Source of the DNA: a virus
Virus genome (UHGV): UHGV-0856201
Strand: one strand, 5' to 3'
Length of the DNA stretch: 61,875 nt
Shown: positions 57,041 to 61,875 of the stretch, one piece after another
How positions within the stretch are numbered: position 1 is the stretch's first letter
Layout: every line of letters starts with the position of its first letter
Program-made: the position numbers and the translations under genes
The notes under the pieces: model-generated
Told to the model about the DNA's origin: nothing
Databases searched by the model: none
Seen by the model: only the letters and a program-made list of their open reading frames with translations

Positions 57041-57201
57041 TAGTCCCGATAAACTTCAGCACACCCGTAATTTTTACCAGGGTTGTAAGCCTGTTCAGCT
57101 TGTAAAGCACCCTGACACTGTTCGAACGTCATGATGCGTTCTGTCACAGGTTCAATAGCCACACCGTATAGAACAAGCACCAGTACATAACCAATTAACA
57201 T
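57040..57201 (-). CDS. small membrane/secreted protein (53 aa)
   Basis: MLIGYVLVLVLYGVAIEPV...; TAATG-type overlap with downstream gene. Confidence 0.3.
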   Translation of the reverse strand: MLIGYVLVLVLYGVAIEPVTERIMTFEQCQGALQAEQAYNPGKNYGCAEVYRD

Positions 57202-57530
57202 TCTCTTAGAGTCTCCGCCCAGTCCAGACCATGTAGGTTTACAGTTGCAAGCCTCACTTTTGGGATACCGTAACGACGATTATCCCAAAATTCATCACAG
57301 AGTTCTGGTTCACTAAAATACCCGTAAACAACCCCGTAACTATTCGTGGCTATATAGTCAATATCTTCAGGAACAGTTAAAGACAAACCAAAATAATTGA
57401 CCGTTTTATACACGTCTGCACTAGCCAGTGTCATTTTACAATCTGGTGCTTCTTCGTGGATATCCCACGATTTACCACAATGCGAACACTGATATTCATC
57501 ATTACAGCGAATAGCGTTTACATGATTCAT
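57195..57530 (-). CDS. hypothetical Cys-containing protein
   Basis: CNDEYQCSHCGKSWDIHEEAPDC; 111 aa. Confidence 0.4.
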   Translation of the reverse strand: MNHVNAIRCNDEYQCSHCGKSWDIHEEAPDCKMTLASADVYKTVNYFGLSLTVPEDIDYIATNSYGVVYGYFSEPELCDEFWDNRRYGIPKVRLATVNLHGLDWAETLREC

Positions 57531-57542
57531 GATTATTCTTCC

Positions 57543-57878
57543 TCAGTTACGGATGATACCGTTGATGGAATGTGAATTAGCACATGACTTTGTAGTAATA
57601 TTTCCATTAACTGTTTTGATATTACCGCTATCCCCAGTGACAGAAACATTACCATTAACCGTTTTGATATCTCCACTGTTTCCTGAAATGTTAACTTCAC
57701 CGTTAGTCGTTTCAATGGATTCGACATCACCATAAACACTGATCGATATGTTACCAACCAGATTACCATCAACCTGTATGCCATCAACAATTACTTTATC
57801 ACCGTTAATTTCAAATTTACGCCCTGTAAATTCACGACCGTCAATTATTACTTTACCATTACTCATATTTATTTTCAT
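57543..57878 (-). CDS. beta-solenoid repeat protein (bactofilin-like)
   Basis: Repeats VIVDGIQVDGNLVGNISISVYGDVESIETTNGEVNISGNSGDIKTVNGNVSVTGDSGNIKTVNGNI. Confidence 0.45.
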   Translation of the reverse strand: MKINMSNGKVIIDGREFTGRKFEINGDKVIVDGIQVDGNLVGNISISVYGDVESIETTNGEVNISGNSGDIKTVNGNVSVTGDSGNIKTVNGNITTKSCANSHSINGIIRN

Positions 57879-58195
57879 TTAACTGTCTCCGGTACAAACC
57901 ACATTGACGCAAGATATGCACACCCGGCAATTTTATGTTCGTGTTTAGGTTCGAAACTACCCAGGATCACTTTGATATGTGCGTGAGCATCTTTAAAGTT
58001 CACACCTTCAACAGCAACTGCGTATTCTTTCAGACCGTTGAAAAACCATTTGCTGATCCACTGATTCCACGGGTTAGAATTTTCGAAAAATTCTTTCGGA
58101 ATACTACCCATCGTCGGGAGGAATTCAGCAATGTTTTTAGGTCCAAAAGCAATATCCAGTTGTGTAATATTTTCATTCGGTTTCATAGTCATCAC
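57875..58195 (-). CDS. hypothetical protein
   Basis: 106 aa; first gene after promoter copy 15. Confidence 0.4.
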   Translation of the reverse strand: MMTMKPNENITQLDIAFGPKNIAEFLPTMGSIPKEFFENSNPWNQWISKWFFNGLKEYAVAVEGVNFKDAHAHIKVILGSFEPKHEHKIAGCAYLASMWFVPETVK

Positions 58196-58209
58196 CCTTC
58201 GTTCATTTG

Positions 58210-58260
58210 ATGACTAAAGCATAATCGCAAGTTTGCAATCCGTCAAGAATTATTTTAACA
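58210..58260 (-). promoter_or_regulatory. conserved phage early promoter (copy 15)
   Basis: ccgtcaagaattattttaacacc; -35 TTGACG 58241-58246 (minus). Confidence 0.6.
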
Positions 58261-58328
58261 CCGTGCAAAAAAACCATCACTGATATAACATACGTTAAGA
58301 ACCGTAAACCGTATGGAGCCTGTAAAAC

Positions 58329-59684
58329 ATGGCTGATCAACAATTCGAACAACTAGCCGTTGCCGGGTACAGTCGAACAGGCAACCAGGTAAACGACGAT
58401 TTCCTTCCTAAACTAAACGGTAAACAAGGCCGTCGTATTCTTCGTCAGATGGCTGAGAACGACGAAACTATTGGCGGTGTGTTGTTCGCCATGAGTAGCG
58501 TTTATCGTTCTGTACAGTGGATTTTTGACCCGTCTGACAAAGATGATCCAGAAGCTATCCGTTATTCAGAATGGTTACAGGATGCTATTGAAAATAAAAT
58601 GGGTGATCCGCGTGGTGCACTCCCGGATGATACCTGGTCTGCGTTCGTTCAGACATGGACAGACGTTGATGTATTCGGCTGGGGTTGGTATGACATCTGG
58701 GTCAAAGATCTTGATGACGGCACTGTGGGTATTGCCCGTCTGGTTCCTGTAGCACCTGAAACGCTTGCTGGCTGGGATATTGAAGAACCGACAGGTTATG
58801 TTCGTGGTATTTATCAACGTTCACCTAATCAGGGTACAACGACGTTAATCACACGTGACCGTTCGCTTCATTTGATTTCAAGTCCGAATAAAGGTAACCC
58901 GGAAGGTTTATCACTGCTGCGCACAGCTTATCGTCCGTGGTATTACAAAAAAGTGAATATGGAAATCGAATCCATACTTGCCGAACGTGGTACAGGGTTC
59001 CCGGTAATTACTGTTAACGCAGATATTAAGAAAGCGGCTAATGACCCTAATGTTCCTGAACAACAGCGTCAGGCAGCACAGGCGATGATTGATAACTATG
59101 AAAATATCGTTGCTAATATCAAACGCAATGAACAATCAGGACTGGTGATTTATTCTAAACCTTATATCACGGGTTACGATAACGAAACAGGTGTTACCAC
59201 GTACGGTGGTGAACAACAGGTGAAGCTGGAATTCGTTACACCTAACCAGACCAGTTCCGTGGATATTGACCGGACGATTAAACGCCTGGATACCAGTATT
59301 GCCCGTGCGTTACTGGCTGATTTCATGTTTTTCGGAACGGGTGGTAATACCGGGAATAACGCCAACCTGGGTAGTCGTACTGAATTATGGATCCGCGCAA
59401 TGCAATCACGTATTGACAGCATTGTAGAATGTGTTAATCGTCAGTTGATACCGCAGTTATGGTCGTTAAACGCATTTCCTGATGAATACCGCCCGTCGAT
59501 TCGCGCCGGATCGATCAGTAAAGACAGTATCGAAACGTTGACCACTGCACTTGCACGACTTGCACAAGCTGGCGCACCTGTATTCCCGGATCCAGACCTT
59601 CAGGAATACGTATATAAAGAGGCGGGTCTACCAATTACGGGGATTGATAAAGCAGGGGACGGATTACCGTCTATTGACGACTGA
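58329..59684 (+). CDS. putative portal protein
   Basis: 451 aa; downstream of terL and, across the circular join, upstream of the Mu-F-like gene. Confidence 0.5.
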   Translation: MADQQFEQLAVAGYSRTGNQVNDDFLPKLNGKQGRRILRQMAENDETIGGVLFAMSSVYRSVQWIFDPSDKDDPEAIRYSEWLQDAIENKMGDPRGALPDDTWSAFVQTWTDVDVFGWGWYDIWVKDLDDGTVGIARLVPVAPETLAGWDIEEPTGYVRGIYQRSPNQGTTTLITRDRSLHLISSPNKGNPEGLSLLRTAYRPWYYKKVNMEIESILAERGTGFPVITVNADIKKAANDPNVPEQQRQAAQAMIDNYENIVANIKRNEQSGLVIYSKPYITGYDNETGVTTYGGEQQVKLEFVTPNQTSSVDIDRTIKRLDTSIARALLADFMFFGTGGNTGNNANLGSRTELWIRAMQSRIDSIVECVNRQLIPQLWSLNAFPDEYRPSIRAGSISKDSIETLTTALARLAQAGAPVFPDPDLQEYVYKEAGLPITGIDKAGDGLPSIDD

Positions 59685-59690
59685 ATGAAA

Positions 59691-59712
59691 AAGGGACCGT
59701 TACTGGTCCCTT
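59691..59712. terminator. bidirectional terminator hairpin
   Basis: aagggaccgttactggtccctt between convergent genes. Confidence 0.55.
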
Positions 59713-59717
59713 AATTT

Positions 59718-60050
59718 TTACTTAGCTTCAGGTTGCACGATTGACAGTAATTTGCTCGCTTCATCAACCGCAGTCTGAATACGAGTCTGTAACGGATAAC
59801 TGTTGTTGATCGCACGTTCCAGCGTTTTATCAAGCAATTGCAGTTTGACTTCATCATCGCCAGTGAACGCGTACATGTCAGCAACGACTTCCTTAAACTG
59901 TGATGCTTTCTCAACGATAGTTGTGGTTACAATGTAGTTCCAGACTTTGTTGAGTAGTTTAAATTTCACTTCGTTGTCAGCAACTGCATCAACCAGAATT
60001 TCAGCAGCAGTCTTGTCATATTTAACAAGCTCAAGAATTTCAAAACGCAT
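59718..60050 (-). CDS. hypothetical protein
   Basis: 110-aa ORF; RBS ggagaagac; co-transcribed with 1685-2029 across the circular join. Confidence 0.4.
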   Translation of the reverse strand: MRFEILELVKYDKTAAEILVDAVADNEVKFKLLNKVWNYIVTTTIVEKASQFKEVVADMYAFTGDDEVKLQLLDKTLERAINNSYPLQTRIQTAVDEASKLLSIVQPEAK

Positions 60051-60060
60051 TTAAGTCTTC

Positions 60061-60187
60061 TCCTGTCAGTTAACATACTTCGCGATCAGTTTATCACAGT
60101 CCTCGCGACAGGTAGCATACTTAAACAGGTCACTTGCTGCTTCTGCCCGGTAGTCAGTATCAATAGTGTAATGTTCATTGACATAGT
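60061..60187. repeat. 127-bp exact repeat of phage start (1681-1807); circular-contig overlap
   Basis: 60061-60187 identical to 1681-1807; length 127 equals a common assembler k-mer size. Confidence 0.9.
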
Positions 60188-60287
60188 NNNNNNNNNNNNN
60201 NNNNNNNNNNNNNNNNNNNNNNNNNNNNNNNNNNNNNNNNNNNNNNNNNNNNNNNNNNNNNNNNNNNNNNNNNNNNNNNNNNNNNNN
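60188..60287. other. 100-N scaffold gap
   Basis: Run of exactly 100 N. Confidence 1.
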
Positions 60288-60414
60288 CGTGAATTGTTCG
60301 ATCCGAAAACTCGTGCAAAAGCGTCTGAACAACTGGATAAGATCACCGGGAACAGTATCGACCGTGTGGAATTGTCTGGCGTGGTTGGTAACGTGGTTCA
60401 GAGTGTTCCTGAAG
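60288..60414. repeat. 127-bp exact repeat of phage 48532-48658 (inside terS)
   Basis: Identical to terS internal segment; diverges into anellovirus sequence at 60415. Confidence 0.9.
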
Positions 60415-61454
60415 ACAAACAACAACTAGAGCAACACGCAGGAAACCCTTTTACATCAGAATATTTAACTAATCCAGAAGGACTATTCACAAGCACAAAA
60501 GACCCTACAAACTTTTTTCTACAATTTACAGAAAAAACACAAGCACTTGAAACACATAAAACAACATTAAACTACAATCACCTACAACACCCATTAATAT
60601 TAGAAACAAGATACAATCCAAATAAAGACCAAGGCCTACATAACAAAGCATATGTACTACCAGTAAACAAACCAGGAGTTAACTGGACACCACCAAATGA
60701 TGAAGACTTAATATTAGAAGGATTTCCAATATGGTTACTAATATTTGGATTTATAGACTACATTAAAAAAACTCAAAAGCTAATTAATGTAGACGAAAAA
60801 CATGTACTATGCATACAAACATCTAACACAAACCCAAAATGGGACCAACCTATTATACCACTCTCATATACATTTGAAGAAGGACACAGCCCTTACAGCA
60901 AACAATTAAACCCATATGACACAGACAAATGGTATCCACAAATACAATACCAAGAAGAAGCCATAAATGATATTATAAAATGTGGACCAGGAACAGCTAA
61001 AATAGGAGACAGACTTAGTGAAGAGATTAAATGTGAATATGAATTTTATTGGAAATGGGGAGGACATCCACCTAAAATGCTAACTATAGACAATCCTGCA
61101 CAACAGGGAACATATCCCATACCCCGTAACAGCATCACATCAAATTCGTTACAGAATCCAGCAACACCACCAGAGTACTTCTTATACAGCTTCGACGAAA
61201 GACAGGGACTGCTTACAAAAACAGCTGCAAAAAGAATTAGAAAAGACTGGGAATCTAAAGACTATGTATCTGACTTTACAGAATCAACAAAAGAAGTCCC
61301 AATGCAAACACTCCAAACATCATCCGACGAAACATCGGACTCGGAAAAAGAAGAGGAGACACTACTCCAGCAGCTCCACCGACAGCAACAGCACCAGAAG
61401 CAGCTCAAGCGCCGAATTCTCAGATTAATGCAGAAAAATCCAAATTTAGAATAA
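60415..61454 (+). CDS. Anellovirus ORF1 C-terminal portion (partial)
   Basis: A-rich, Thr/Asn/Lys-rich ORF ending in Ser/Glu-rich and basic tail; composition matches 510-1619. Confidence 0.65.
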
Positions 61455-61658
61455 TACAATGTACTCAATATGTTAAACTGTTTGATGATAAAACTGTAAA
61501 AAATAGACGCATGAATAAGTATGAAATGGAACATGAAAAAGATGTAGCTAAAGCCTTTTGTAGACCACCAAAAAAATTCTTACTTGATGTACCATACTAC
61601 CCATGGGTAGACATCCCAGAACCACTTGTAAACTTTCACCTGAGATATAACTTTGATG

Positions 61659-61664
61659 AATAAA
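61659..61664 (+). promoter_or_regulatory. polyadenylation signal (AATAAA)
   Basis: aataaa ~200 nt downstream of ORF1 stop, as in anelloviruses. Confidence 0.5.
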
Positions 61665-61749
61665 CAAGGCCAACAATATTCACTTAGTGGTGTCAGTTTA
61701 TATAAGTTAAAACCTAAATAAACATCCGTTACCAATTGAAATTTGTTGG

Positions 61750-61840
61750 CGCCAAAAGGGGGCTCCGCCCCCTTTAACCCCCAAGGGGGCTCCGCCCCCT
61801 TAAACCCCCAAAGGGGGCTCCGCCCCCTTAAACCCCCGGA
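61750..61840. repeat. Anellovirus GC-rich region with three ~27-bp repeats
   Basis: gggggctccgccccc at 61758, 61785 and 61813, each followed by ttaaaccccc. Confidence 0.8.
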
Positions 61841-61875
61841 AACCACAAAATTTGCATTGCCGACCACAAACGAAC

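Noticed and set aside
1681-60060. Lysogeny module (integrase, CI-like repressor, attP) or tRNA genes
   Set aside because: None recognised by eye; absence cannot be proven without HMM and tRNA scans, so the phage is not called a prophage or temperate.
1681-60414. Genuine insertion of a phage into the anellovirus ORF1
   Set aside because: The junction consists of exact 127-bp k-mer-length duplications and a 100-N gap, and the biology is implausible; treated as an assembly chimera pending read evidence.
60171-61454. ORF 60171-61454 as a single 427-aa protein (and minus ORFs 60066-60425, 60086-60346)
   Set aside because: These span the 100-N gap and the duplicated 127-mers; only 60415-61454 is interpretable, as the anellovirus ORF1 C-terminal part.

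Overview
This window is a chimeric scaffold rather than one natural replicon. About 3.1 kb of an anellovirus-like (TTV-like) circular ssDNA virus genome is split into two pieces (1-1680 and 60415-61875). Between them lies a complete ~58.4 kb tailed-phage genome (1681-60060) that looks like an enterobacterial siphovirus, followed by a 127-bp repeat of the phage start (60061-60187), a 100-N gap (60188-60287) and a 127-bp repeat of phage 48532-48658 (60288-60414). The anellovirus part carries the conserved UTR motif, an ORF2-like gene, an Arg-rich ORF1 in two pieces, a polyA signal and a GC-rich repeat region. The phage carries a lambda-like head order (terS, terL, portal, Mu-F-like, protease, scaffold, decoration, major capsid), a tail module with a G/GT -1 frameshift chaperone and a tape measure gene, tailspike, a lysis cassette, and a replication/recombination module (dUTPase, DNA polymerase, helicase, primase, nucleases, Dam-type methyltransferase). 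It also has about 15 copies of one conserved sigma70-type early promoter, three T5orf172 homing-endonuclease-like paralogs, two iteron/AT-rich intergenic regions, and several moron-like cassettes; the most notable is an accessory island between terS and terL encoding a DUF2829 (Tad2-like) protein and an rdgC homolog. No integrase, repressor, tRNA or CRISPR array was recognised. All calls are by eye from the sequence and ORF track; no database search was run.
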